Below, piece by piece: positions 22,448 to 30,902 of a stretch of DNA of 64,000 nucleotides (position 1 is its first letter; each line of letters opens with the position of its first letter). The stretch is taken from assembly GCA_041397775.1 (NCBI GenBank), contig JAWKWB010000011.1, positions 27,257-91,256 on the forward strand. Direction: 5' to 3'. The position numbers and the translations under genes are program-made. The DNA comes from Hyphomicrobiaceae bacterium (GTDB lineage Bacteria > Pseudomonadota > Alphaproteobacteria > Rhizobiales > Hyphomicrobiaceae). The notes beneath the pieces are model-generated. The model made no database searches and had not been told where the DNA came from. It saw only the letters and a program-made list of their open reading frames with translations.

Positions 22448-22999
22448 TCAGGCCCCGAAGCGGCGTGGGACATAGTGGAACGTGGCCGCCGAAGAAGCGG
22501 CCGCTACCGCGACCTTCGGCGCTGCCGATTTATGAATCTTCTCGATCACCTTGTAGGCGGCGTTGACCCGCCGGACGGTGGCGTCCATGTAGCGGGCCAC
22601 CTCGCCCGGCAACTCGATCCCGGCGTACCGATCGGGATGGTAGGCCTTGCTCAGACGCACCCAGGCCGCCTTGACCTCGTCCATCGAAGCGTCCTTGGCG
22701 ACCCCCAGGACCGCATGCGGCTCCGACGTGACGTCGTCATCGTCGCGCGCGGCCGGCAATGGCTGGGCCTTGGGCATGCTGAGAATGCGGACGTCGCGCA
22801 GCATGGCCTTGGCGATATAGCGCCGCTCGCCGCGATAGGGCTCGAACTCGACGAAGCTGCCGTTGCCATTGAGCGCATCGAAGATGGTGCGCCCCGCGCC
22901 GATGACCATGCGCCCCTGGATGCGATCGCCATCCACGGTCGTCAGCTCGACGGGGACGGCGGTCGATTGTCCCATTTCGATGCGGTTGCGCTCGAACAT
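22448..22999 (-). CDS. J-domain protein with an uncharacterised N-terminal domain
   Basis: C-terminal J domain (HAVLGVAKDASMDEVKAAWVRLSKAYHPDR). Start moved to the ATG at 22999 (MFERNRIE), with ggagg upstream. Confidence 0.7.
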   Translation of the reverse strand: MFERNRIEMGQSTAVPVELTTVDGDRIQGRMVIGAGRTIFDALNGNGSFVEFEPYRGERRYIAKAMLRDVRILSMPKAQPLPAARDDDDVTSEPHAVLGVAKDASMDEVKAAWVRLSKAYHPDRYAGIELPGEVARYMDATVRRVNAAYKVIEKIHKSAAPKVAVAAASSAATFHYVPRRFGA

Positions 23000-23210
23000 C
23001 GCCGTGCCTCCTTGCGACAGCCACTCCCTTTTGCGACGCCAGGGCCGCATGTCCGTAGAGCCTCGCAAGAAGCGTGCAAGACGGTGACGCGAGAGGCTCC
23101 CACTCCCGGGATGCGCGCGCTTGCGATCTTGGCGAGCCGGCCCGGGGTGACTACTCTGCAATGCGGTTCACCCGCCTAACACCGCCAGTGCGCAAGGATC
23201 CCCGTCGACC

Positions 23211-23927
23211 ATGTCTCCCTCTCCCATGACGCTCCGCCGCGAGCTTGCCGCAGCACTTCGCCTTGCCGAAAAGTTCGGCTACTCGGAGGGCATCTGCAAT
23301 CACTTCTCCGTGGTGGTGCCCGGGCCCGAGGAGCGCTACCTGATCAATCCCTACGGGGTGCACTGGTCGGAGATGCGGCCCGAGCATCTGCTGCTCATCG
23401 ACGGCAACGGAACCGTGCTCGAAGGCGAGGGAGAGGTGGAAGCGACGGCGCGCTTCATCCACGTCGCCGGCCATCGCGCCAATCTCCGTCATGCCTGCAT
23501 TCTACATGTGCACATGCCGTGGGCGACATCGCTGACGATGGTGAAGGGCGGGCGGCTGGAGATGGCGCACCAGACGGCAGCCCGCTACCATGGGCGCGTC
23601 GCCTACCAGTCGTTCGGCGGCATCGCGCTCGACGCCGCGGAGGGCGAGCGCATCGCGGAGGCACAAAAGACCAACCCCGGCGCCGACGTGTTCTTCCTGG
23701 CGCATCACGGCGTGTCGATCTGTGGACCGTCGGTCGCCTACGCCTTCGACGATCTCTATTACCTCGAGCGCGCGTGCCGCCAGCAAGTGCTCGCCATGTC
23801 GACGGGGTTGCCGCTGGCGATCATTCCCGAACCCCAGCTCAAGGAGACGGCGCGGCAGTTCATGCAGGTGATCGACTTCCAGGCCCAGAAGCACTTCGAG
23901 GCGCTGATGCGCATCAACCGGCTGTGA
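23211..23927 (+). CDS. Class II aldolase/adducin family protein
   Basis: 238 aa with a typical His cluster (FIHVAGHRA...ILHVHMP). Confidence 0.75.
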   Translation: MSPSPMTLRRELAAALRLAEKFGYSEGICNHFSVVVPGPEERYLINPYGVHWSEMRPEHLLLIDGNGTVLEGEGEVEATARFIHVAGHRANLRHACILHVHMPWATSLTMVKGGRLEMAHQTAARYHGRVAYQSFGGIALDAAEGERIAEAQKTNPGADVFFLAHHGVSICGPSVAYAFDDLYYLERACRQQVLAMSTGLPLAIIPEPQLKETARQFMQVIDFQAQKHFEALMRINRL

Positions 23928-23973
23928 GCCGGACACATCGCACGAACCGCACGCGCGGAAAGGCAAGGACGAT

Positions 23974-24957
23974 ATGACGACCAAGCTCGGATTCATCGGT
24001 TTCGGCATCATGGGCGAACGCCTGCTGCGCGCCGCGCTCAACCACGATCGGGCCGTGATCGCGGTGACAGGCGTGTTCGACCCGAGCCCGTCCACGGCAG
24101 CAAGGCTCGCGGCCATCGACCCCGGCTTGACGGTGTACCCGAGCGCCGACGCCGTCATCGCTGCGTCGGATTGCCTGCACGTCGCGTCGCCGCCGCTGTC
24201 GCATCTGGACTACCTGCGGCAATGCCATGCGGCCGGCAAGGCGGCGCTATGCGAGAAGCCGCTGGCCACGGATGTCGCACGTGCGCATGACGTGGTGGCG
24301 GAATTGACGGGACAGGGCATCCGCGCCGCCGTGAATTTCCCGTTCGCCTCGTCGTTCGCGCGCGACTATCTCATGCGCTGGATGGCCGACGATGTGATCG
24401 GCACGCCGGAACGGGTCGATATCGAACTGGCCTTCGCGGCATGGCCGCGTGGTTGGCAGATGGCCGCCTCGAGCTGGCTCGACGCCCGTGCAGAGGGCGG
24501 TTTCACCCGCGAGGTCGGATCGCACTTCCTGTTCCTGTCACGCCGCACGTTCGGGCCGCTGCACCTACTATCGGCCACTTGCGATTATCCGGTTGTCGGA
24601 CGCAGCGAACGGTCCATCCACGCGGAGTTGACGGCCGGCGACATGCCCGTCTCGCTGAGAGGCGGCGTGGGCACGACGGAGAAGGATGACCACAACACGT
24701 GGACGGTCACGGGGAGCAAAGGCCGAATCCGCCTGCGTGACTGGTCGATCGCGGAGCGAGAGGTGAATGGCGAATGGCAGGCGCCGCCCGATGCGGTGCC
24801 CAACGTGCAGGCCCGTCCGATGATCCTGGCGCGGCAGCTCGACAAGGTCGATGCGATGACACACGGTCGCGAGCACAATCTTGCGACGCTGCACGAGGCC
24901 CTTGAAGTGCAGGCCGTCGTCGAACGCATACTTGCGGCCGGCACAGCGGGCGCCTGA
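23974..24957 (+). CDS. Gfo/Idh/MocA family oxidoreductase
   Basis: N-terminal Rossmann motif LGFIGFGIMG and the EKP motif (ALCEKPLA). Confidence 0.8.
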   Translation: MTTKLGFIGFGIMGERLLRAALNHDRAVIAVTGVFDPSPSTAARLAAIDPGLTVYPSADAVIAASDCLHVASPPLSHLDYLRQCHAAGKAALCEKPLATDVARAHDVVAELTGQGIRAAVNFPFASSFARDYLMRWMADDVIGTPERVDIELAFAAWPRGWQMAASSWLDARAEGGFTREVGSHFLFLSRRTFGPLHLLSATCDYPVVGRSERSIHAELTAGDMPVSLRGGVGTTEKDDHNTWTVTGSKGRIRLRDWSIAEREVNGEWQAPPDAVPNVQARPMILARQLDKVDAMTHGREHNLATLHEALEVQAVVERILAAGTAGA

Positions 24958-24975
24958 GGCCGTCCGCAGCCTCGA

Positions 24976-25332
24976 TCAGAACAGTTCGCCCAGATGGGTT
25001 TCCTGAATGAGGTCGATACCCGTGATCGATTTCAGGGCATAGATCGCCACGAGGCCACCGAAGCCGAGCACTGTCGAGACACCCACCGTCATGCCCGCAA
25101 TGATCAACTTGTCCGAGAGCGCGTGGACGATGTGGACGCTCTGGCCGTGACCGAACGGAGTGTCCGGCGCATGCTCATCGGGGCCGATCCGGGCCTCCCC
25201 CCGCTCGTCGGCGATCGGCATGGCGAGCACATCGCCTGCGTAGGCCGACTCCTGGGGCTCCTGCCCTTCCCGGTGCGCCGTCGACTCCTCGCGACGCCAA
25301 TTCTCATGCCCGACAGCGACGATGCGTGCCAT
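24976..25332 (-). CDS. Hypothetical small protein with a C-terminal membrane anchor
   Basis: 118 aa from the ATG at 25332. Acidic, His-rich N-terminal part and one or two C-terminal hydrophobic helices (IIAGMTVGVSTVLGFGGLVAIYAL). Confidence 0.45.
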   Translation of the reverse strand: MARIVAVGHENWRREESTAHREGQEPQESAYAGDVLAMPIADERGEARIGPDEHAPDTPFGHGQSVHIVHALSDKLIIAGMTVGVSTVLGFGGLVAIYALKSITGIDLIQETHLGELF

Positions 25333-25439
25333 GACGAGCTCCGATATCGTTATGCCTACCAAAGCGTAGGATATCGATCTTAACGAATTGGAAAATAGTT
25401 GCGCAAAATGCAGATTTTCTTGGCCTGAAATACGCAAAA

Positions 25440-25476
25440 ATTGCTGTTTGCCGATCGGCATCATGCGCCGATCGGC
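25440..25476 (-). terminator. Hairpin, putative terminator, after the Sdh-like flavoprotein gene
   Basis: GCCGATCGGC-7 nt-GCCGATCGGC (10-bp stem). A TTTTT run follows 9 nt downstream on the minus strand, which is non-canonical spacing. Confidence 0.4.
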
Positions 25477-25483
25477 TAAATCT

Positions 25484-27310
25484 TCACTCCGCCGCTTGCG
25501 GTGCGTCCTTGATCAACGTTTCGCCCGGCTTGACGTGCGTGAAAATCACGGGCTCGTCACCGACGTGAAGCTTGCCGTCGACCTCCCGTACCACGGTGAA
25601 GCGCGATGTCTCCATGGCGCCGGGCTCCTTGAAGTCCTCGCGGTAGTGGGCGCCCCGGCTGTTCTCCCGCTTCAGCGCCGCATGCGCGACGACCTTGGAC
25701 ATCACGATCTGCGAGCGCAGGTTCAGCCAGTCGTGCCAGGACAGATTGAAGGCGCGATTGGTGTCGGGCACGCCGGCTGCCGACAGTTGCGCATCGAGCG
25801 TGTCGAGCTCATGCAGCGCCCGCTCCATACCCGACTTCTCACGGATGATGCCAACGTCGTCCCACATCAGGTCGAGAAGCGTGTCGCGAATGTCGTTGGC
25901 GTCGCTCAAGTGGGCCTTCGGTTGCCCACCAGCAACCGGCTCTCCGGGCGCCTTCAGTTGCCCACCAGCAACCGGCGCGTTCACCCGGAACGGGGCTTCA
26001 GCGCGCGCGATCTCGGCGGCAACCACGTCCAGATCGGGCGCGCGGTCGCCAAGGCCGCGCTTGATGTCGGCTGCCATCGTCGCGCCGGCGATGCCGCCAT
26101 AGACCGTCGAGTTGGCAACGCCGTTGCCGCCCAGACGGTTTGCTCCATGCACGCCGCCCGCGTCCTCGCCGGCCACGTAGAGGCCGGGCACTTCGGTCGA
26201 CGTGTCCACCTTGCAGACGACGCCGCCCATCAGGTAGTGCGCGGTCGGGACGACCTCCACCAGGCCGCCCGCCAGATCGAAGCCGCAATCAGCGCAGCGC
26301 TCGACCATACCCTTGAACTGCTTGGCAACCTTTTCAGGCCCCAGATGGCCCATGGAGATATAGAGCCCGCCGTTGGGCGTCGTGCGCCCGGCCTGCATCT
26401 CGCGATACATCGACTGCGAGACGAGGTCGCGCGTGGCGCGCTCACCGCGCGGATCGTAGTTGAACATGAAGCGCTGCCTGGAGCCGTCGAGCAGGTAGCC
26501 GCCGGCACCGCGCAGGCCTTCCTCGATGATCGTGCCGGTCATGCGCGTGTTGGGGCCCGCGAGCACGCCCGTGGGATGGAACTGCACCATCTCCATGTCA
26601 CGCAGTGGCAGGCCGTAGCGCAGCGCCATGGCGAGGCCGTCCATCGCCTTGTCGCCCGAAGGCGTATGATATTTGTACATCGTCGGCCCGCCGCCGGTGG
26701 CGAGCAGCACGGCCTTGGCGGTGATCAAGCGGAACTTGCCGGTGCGGATGTCGATGAAAAGAACGCCCGCCACCGGCCTGTTGGCGGCCGGCCCCGTCGC
26801 CCCCTTCTCGGGAATGAGTGCGATGGCGCGGTGCTCCTCCAGCCGCTGGATCGACGGCCGCGCCCAGACCTGCTCCATGAGGCGGTTGATGATCTCGATG
26901 CCCGTGAGATCGCCCTTGTGCACAGTGCGGTCGAACGTCTGGCCAGCGAAGGCCTTGCCGTGCAGCGAGCCGTCCGAATTCCGGTCGAAGAAGCAGCCGA
27001 TCTCGTTCTCCAGCTCGCGCACGCGCTCGACGGCCTTCTCGACGAGCGTCCAGGCCAGCTCCTGGTTGGGCAGCCATTTGCCGCCGTCGATGGTGTCCAT
27101 GAAGTGGCGCTCGACCGAGTCGCCCTTGTGCAGCGAAACATTGTAGCCGCCCTGCACCATGCGCGTGCAGCCGGACTTGCCGAGCAGTCCCTTGGTCGCC
27201 ACCGTGATCTGGAGGTGGGGATTGGCGCGATGCGCGTGAAGCGCCGCGAACAGCCCGGCGCCGCCCGAGCCCAGGATCAGAATGTCGGTCGTCAGCGTTT
27301 CGATGGTCAT
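25484..27310 (-). CDS. Succinate dehydrogenase/fumarate reductase-type flavoprotein subunit (atypical)
   Basis: 608 aa from the ATG at 27310. Motifs present: ILGSGGAGL dinucleotide fold, [24 protein letters not shown]. The 106-aa upstream extension in the ORF track was rejected. Confidence 0.85.
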   Translation of the reverse strand: MTIETLTTDILILGSGGAGLFAALHAHRANPHLQITVATKGLLGKSGCTRMVQGGYNVSLHKGDSVERHFMDTIDGGKWLPNQELAWTLVEKAVERVRELENEIGCFFDRNSDGSLHGKAFAGQTFDRTVHKGDLTGIEIINRLMEQVWARPSIQRLEEHRAIALIPEKGATGPAANRPVAGVLFIDIRTGKFRLITAKAVLLATGGGPTMYKYHTPSGDKAMDGLAMALRYGLPLRDMEMVQFHPTGVLAGPNTRMTGTIIEEGLRGAGGYLLDGSRQRFMFNYDPRGERATRDLVSQSMYREMQAGRTTPNGGLYISMGHLGPEKVAKQFKGMVERCADCGFDLAGGLVEVVPTAHYLMGGVVCKVDTSTEVPGLYVAGEDAGGVHGANRLGGNGVANSTVYGGIAGATMAADIKRGLGDRAPDLDVVAAEIARAEAPFRVNAPVAGGQLKAPGEPVAGGQPKAHLSDANDIRDTLLDLMWDDVGIIREKSGMERALHELDTLDAQLSAAGVPDTNRAFNLSWHDWLNLRSQIVMSKVVAHAALKRENSRGAHYREDFKEPGAMETSRFTVVREVDGKLHVGDEPVIFTHVKPGETLIKDAPQAAE

Positions 27311-27315
27311 GGGGG

Positions 27316-27669
27316 TCACGCCGCGTTGAAAATGTAGATGCAGGCGATGGTGACAGCCGTGACGATGGCCGCCATGGCCATGCGCTTCTGTCCGTCCCGC
27401 CATGGCATGTTCTCGATCACCAGCACACGAAGCCCGCCCAGCAGGTGCACTGCGAGCAGCATCACGAGTACGGTCTCCGCGAGCTTGACCAGCGGGCTGT
27501 GCGTCCAGCGCAGGAAGCCATCGAGATCGGCCTCGCCCCGGATCGCCAAGCCGAGCACCAGGAAATGCAGCGGCAGGAAGCAGGCGAGCGCCACGCCGGA
27601 AACGCGATGAAGCATCGCCGCCCGCCACAACGGTTCGCGCCGGTAGGTCGTATTGCTGGGTCGCGCCAT
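27316..27669 (-). CDS. Sdh/Frd-type hydrophobic membrane-anchor subunit
   Basis: 117 aa with three predicted TM helices. The N-terminus ([18 protein letters not shown]) resembles FrdC-type anchors. Its start shares 1 nt with the upstream stop (TGATG). Confidence 0.6.
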   Translation of the reverse strand: MARPSNTTYRREPLWRAAMLHRVSGVALACFLPLHFLVLGLAIRGEADLDGFLRWTHSPLVKLAETVLVMLLAVHLLGGLRVLVIENMPWRDGQKRMAMAAIVTAVTIACIYIFNAA

Positions 27670-28007
27670 CACATCACCACCGCTGCAACGGCCCGCAGGC
27701 CGAGGACGACGAGAACCACGCCGAAGGCCCACATTGCGATGTCCAGCGCCCGCGGATCGTGGGCGAGGCGGCGAGGCCCCCACTCCCGCAGCACCGCACG
27801 CACGCCGATGGCGCCGTGGACGGATGCCGCCAATACGAACGTCGCATAGTAGAGCCCCCACAGCACGGAACCGCGGGTGCGCCCGAGAATCTCGGACGCC
27901 GTCAGGCCGTTGCGCGTGGCGTAGAAGATGACGATCAGGTGGCCCACGATGAGTGGAACCATCAGCAGCGCCGTCAAGCGCTGGAACGTGTAGAGGCGGA
28001 CGTTCAC
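27669..28007 (-). CDS. Sdh/Frd-type hydrophobic membrane-anchor subunit
   Basis: 112 aa from the GTG at 28007, which overlaps the FeS-subunit stop (GTGA). Three predicted TM helices. Confidence 0.55.
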   Translation of the reverse strand: MNVRLYTFQRLTALLMVPLIVGHLIVIFYATRNGLTASEILGRTRGSVLWGLYYATFVLAASVHGAIGVRAVLREWGPRRLAHDPRALDIAMWAFGVVLVVLGLRAVAAVVM

Positions 28008-28747
28008 TTCAAGTCCCCACGGATATAGGCCTGCATGGTGCGGCGCTTGAGGCCGGCGATCGAGGCCGTCGGATTGAGGGCCACCGGGCAATGCTGCTCA
28101 CACGACTGGTGCGTGTGGCAGGCGTGGCACCCGCCATTCTGCGAGACGGCGAACAGGCGCTCGACATTGCCGGCATCGCGTACGTCGTTGACGAGGGTCC
28201 AGGCGCGGTTGAGGGCGGCCGGGCCGAAGTAGTCCTCGTTCCAGCGGACGGTATCGCATGCCGCAAAGCAGACGCCGCAGTTGATGCACTCGATGGCGGC
28301 GTCGGCCGCCTGCCGTTCCGCCGACTGCGGGGAAATCGGCTCGATCGGATCGGCGCGCGTCTTGGAGGGTTCGAAGGCGCCTTTCGCTTCCTGCCACTTC
28401 TCGAAAAAGCGGCTCATGTCGGTGGCCAGATCCTTGATGACCGGGAGGTTGGCCAAGGGGCCGATCTGCAGCTTGCCGTCCTCGACCACCTTGGAGACGT
28501 GCGTGCGGCACGTCCAGCGTGGACGACCGTTCACGGTCATGGCGCACGACCCGCAGACGCCGACGCGGCAGGCGAAGCGATACGAAAGCGTGGGATCCAG
28601 GTAGCGCTGCACATGCGTGACGACATCCAGCACCGTCTGGTTGTCGCGGAGCGGCACAGTGAACGTCTCGTAGCGGCCTTCTGCCTCGCCGCGCCAGATG
28701 GAGACCGCGATCGTGCGGGTCTCGGTCGTATTCGGCATGTCCTGCAT
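28004..28747 (-). CDS. Succinate dehydrogenase/fumarate reductase-type iron-sulfur subunit
   Basis: 247 aa. The 2Fe-2S (CRVGVCGSCAM...C), 4Fe-4S (CINCGVCFAAC) and third-cluster (CHACHTHQSCEQHCP) motifs are all present. The ATG at 28747 shares 1 nt with the upstream stop. Confidence 0.85.
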   Translation of the reverse strand: MQDMPNTTETRTIAVSIWRGEAEGRYETFTVPLRDNQTVLDVVTHVQRYLDPTLSYRFACRVGVCGSCAMTVNGRPRWTCRTHVSKVVEDGKLQIGPLANLPVIKDLATDMSRFFEKWQEAKGAFEPSKTRADPIEPISPQSAERQAADAAIECINCGVCFAACDTVRWNEDYFGPAALNRAWTLVNDVRDAGNVERLFAVSQNGGCHACHTHQSCEQHCPVALNPTASIAGLKRRTMQAYIRGDLK

Positions 28748-29844
28748 CAGCGTACCGTCACCTTGATCTTCTGAACCGAGTTGATGCCGAAGCCGGCGCG
28801 ATCGAACGGAACGTCCAGGGGTTGCGTGGCGCCGTCGGCGTCCGTTGCGCACGAACCGATCTCGTACTCGCCGGGCGTTGCCTCCCACGCGCATTGCCAG
28901 CCGCGCCAGGCATAACGGCCCATGGGTGCGTCGAGCGTCGCAGGATAGGCCACGCCATCGATGAGCACATCGACCTTTTCGATCGCGACGCCACCCCCCG
29001 ACCAGGCGCGACCGCGCAGGATTACAGGGCCACGCTCGACCAGTCTCTGGCGCGTGTACCAATCGGGCATGCCCGGCGGCACCATCAGCGACTTGACCTT
29101 GATCGTGGTGACAGGCACGCCGGCGTCCGTCGCGTGGGTCTTGTAGAGATAGCCGCGAACCTGCTCGTAACCCTCGTACGGCTTGTCCAGCACCTCGATG
29201 CGCTCGAGCCACTTGACGCTCGCCATGCCGAACCAGCCCGGCACGATGAGCCGCAGGGGGAAGCCGTGCTGCGGCAGCAGCGGCTGGCCGTTCATGGCGT
29301 AGACGAGGAGCACGTCGTCCGACAGCGCCATTTTCGTCGTCAGGCTGCGGCCGAACTCGTGCTCGTGGCCCTTGTCATAGCCGCGGTCGGCGCCGAGGAA
29401 CGCGATCTCGACGGTGCCCGGCTTCAGGCCGGCCTTCTCCAGAACGCCCCGAAGCGGCGTTCCCGTCCATTCGGCGGTGCCGACGGCCTCGGAGACCCAC
29501 GGCATGCTCGGCCAACGCGGGCTGACGTGGGCACGCCCATTGCCGGCGCATTCCATCGTCACGCGCAGCGTGCGGGCGGGCAATGCCTTGATCTGGGCCA
29601 CGCTCAGCGACAGGGGCTGCGAGACATTGCCGTCGACCGCAAGGCGCCATGCCGCGCCGTCCTCGACATAGGGCACGTCGAAGTGGCTCAGCAGATAGTG
29701 CAGGCCGAGCGGCGTCACGTCGTGGCGCAGTGCCTCCGTCAGGATGCCGTGGTTCCTGTTGGCGAGAACGACTTCCTCGCGCATGAAGGGGCCTTCGAGG
29801 TGGTCGCGCGATGCGGGATCGGTAAACGGATTGCGGTTCGACAT
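28747..29844 (-). CDS. Sulfite oxidase-family (SUOX-fold) molybdopterin oxidoreductase, cytoplasmic type
   Basis: 365 aa from the ATG at 29844. Oxidored_molyb-like core (VTMECAGNGR, LLVYAMNGQPLLPQHGFPLRLIVPGWFGMASVKWL) plus a dimerisation-like C-terminus. No signal peptide or heme domain. Confidence 0.8.
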   Translation of the reverse strand: MSNRNPFTDPASRDHLEGPFMREEVVLANRNHGILTEALRHDVTPLGLHYLLSHFDVPYVEDGAAWRLAVDGNVSQPLSLSVAQIKALPARTLRVTMECAGNGRAHVSPRWPSMPWVSEAVGTAEWTGTPLRGVLEKAGLKPGTVEIAFLGADRGYDKGHEHEFGRSLTTKMALSDDVLLVYAMNGQPLLPQHGFPLRLIVPGWFGMASVKWLERIEVLDKPYEGYEQVRGYLYKTHATDAGVPVTTIKVKSLMVPPGMPDWYTRQRLVERGPVILRGRAWSGGGVAIEKVDVLIDGVAYPATLDAPMGRYAWRGWQCAWEATPGEYEIGSCATDADGATQPLDVPFDRAGFGINSVQKIKVTVR

Positions 29845-29864
29845 CTTACCCCTGAAGTGCAGCC

Positions 29865-29941
29865 CTAGTGTTCCTTCTGGCTCCGACACTTGGTCCAGAG
29901 CCCGATGCACGGGGAACCAAGTGTCGGAGCCGGAACACTAG
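29865..29941. repeat. Palindromic repeat family B, solo copy
   Basis: Near-identical to 2832-2908. Lies between the tauE-like stop (29995) and the SUOX-like start (29844). Confidence 0.9.
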
Positions 29942-29994
29942 ACCGCGGAATGTCTAGCAAAGCGCTGGCCGAGGCAAGTCCTGCAGGCGGCGGT

Positions 29995-30807
29995 TCAGCC
30001 GCCCACGAAATAGCCGCGAATGGCGCTCAGCAGTGCGCCGACGCCGACGCAGGCCAGGATGGTCAGGGCCGCGCGCCGGTAGTAGGCCGCGCCACCCCTA
30101 TGGAAATGCCGGCTGCCGAGCCACGTCGCGCCGGAATAGAGCGGGAACAACGCCAGCGAAAGCAACACGGCGTGCTTGGTGAACAGCCCGAAGTAGTACA
30201 TCGGGATGACGGACGACATCGACACGCCCGCCATGAGCGCCAGCACGTTGGCCCGCTGCTGCTGCGGCGTGCCCGGGCGCGACAGTGCGAGACCGACGAC
30301 AGGCGGCCCGCCCATGCCGGCAATGCCCTGGATGAGGCCGCTGAACACGCCGGCGGTCATGAGCCCGGCGCGCGGCACCTCCTTCTTGGGCATCCAGCCT
30401 GCCGCGAGGAAACCCACCATCACGAGCACCAGGACGGAGATGGCGATCTTCATCACCGCAGGGTCTGCGGCGACCAGCAGCCAAGTCCCGATCGGCGTGA
30501 TGAAGAATGCCGTCAGGCACATCGGCGCGACGAAGCGATGCTCCGATCCGCGGATCGCTTCCGGCAGGAGCTGCATCAGAGATGGCACGCCCATCAGATT
30601 GACCACGGCCACGGCCACCTGCGGACCGATGACGAGGCTCATGATGGGCACTGATACCAGTGCCGCGCCGAAGCCGATGAAGCCGCGCATGAAGCCGGCG
30701 GCAAACACCGTGACCGCGACCAGCAGCCAGCGCGCATCGACGGTTGCGCCGAGAAGGTCCGTCACCGGCGGGAATCCTTGAGCGTTGCGGGTGGAGAGGG
30801 TGCGCAT
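29995..30807 (-). CDS. TauE/SafE family sulfite-exporter-type membrane protein
   Basis: 270 aa, polytopic, with duplicated glycine motifs (GFIGFGAALVSVP and GIAGMGGPPVV) typical of PF01925. Confidence 0.75.
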   Translation of the reverse strand: MRTLSTRNAQGFPPVTDLLGATVDARWLLVAVTVFAAGFMRGFIGFGAALVSVPIMSLVIGPQVAVAVVNLMGVPSLMQLLPEAIRGSEHRFVAPMCLTAFFITPIGTWLLVAADPAVMKIAISVLVLVMVGFLAAGWMPKKEVPRAGLMTAGVFSGLIQGIAGMGGPPVVGLALSRPGTPQQQRANVLALMAGVSMSSVIPMYYFGLFTKHAVLLSLALFPLYSGATWLGSRHFHRGGAAYYRRAALTILACVGVGALLSAIRGYFVGG

Positions 30808-30902
30808 AACACCACACGATCGCGCGGACCGGAAGTGCGTTCGGCGCGCAGCAGCGCAACCGACCTATGCAGCACGCAAGGGGCCGGCGCGCGCAGGTGT
30901 GA

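Noticed and set aside
25484-27628. Long N-terminal extensions of several ORF-track entries (714-aa flavoprotein; also 28004-29212, 27316-27861, 6913-7989, 15532-17115, 32061-32840, 33155-33739)
   Set aside because: The extensions overlap upstream genes or translated repeats and are Arg/Pro/Gly-rich junk. They also precede internal ATG/GTG codons that give family-typical N-termini and tight stop/start coupling.
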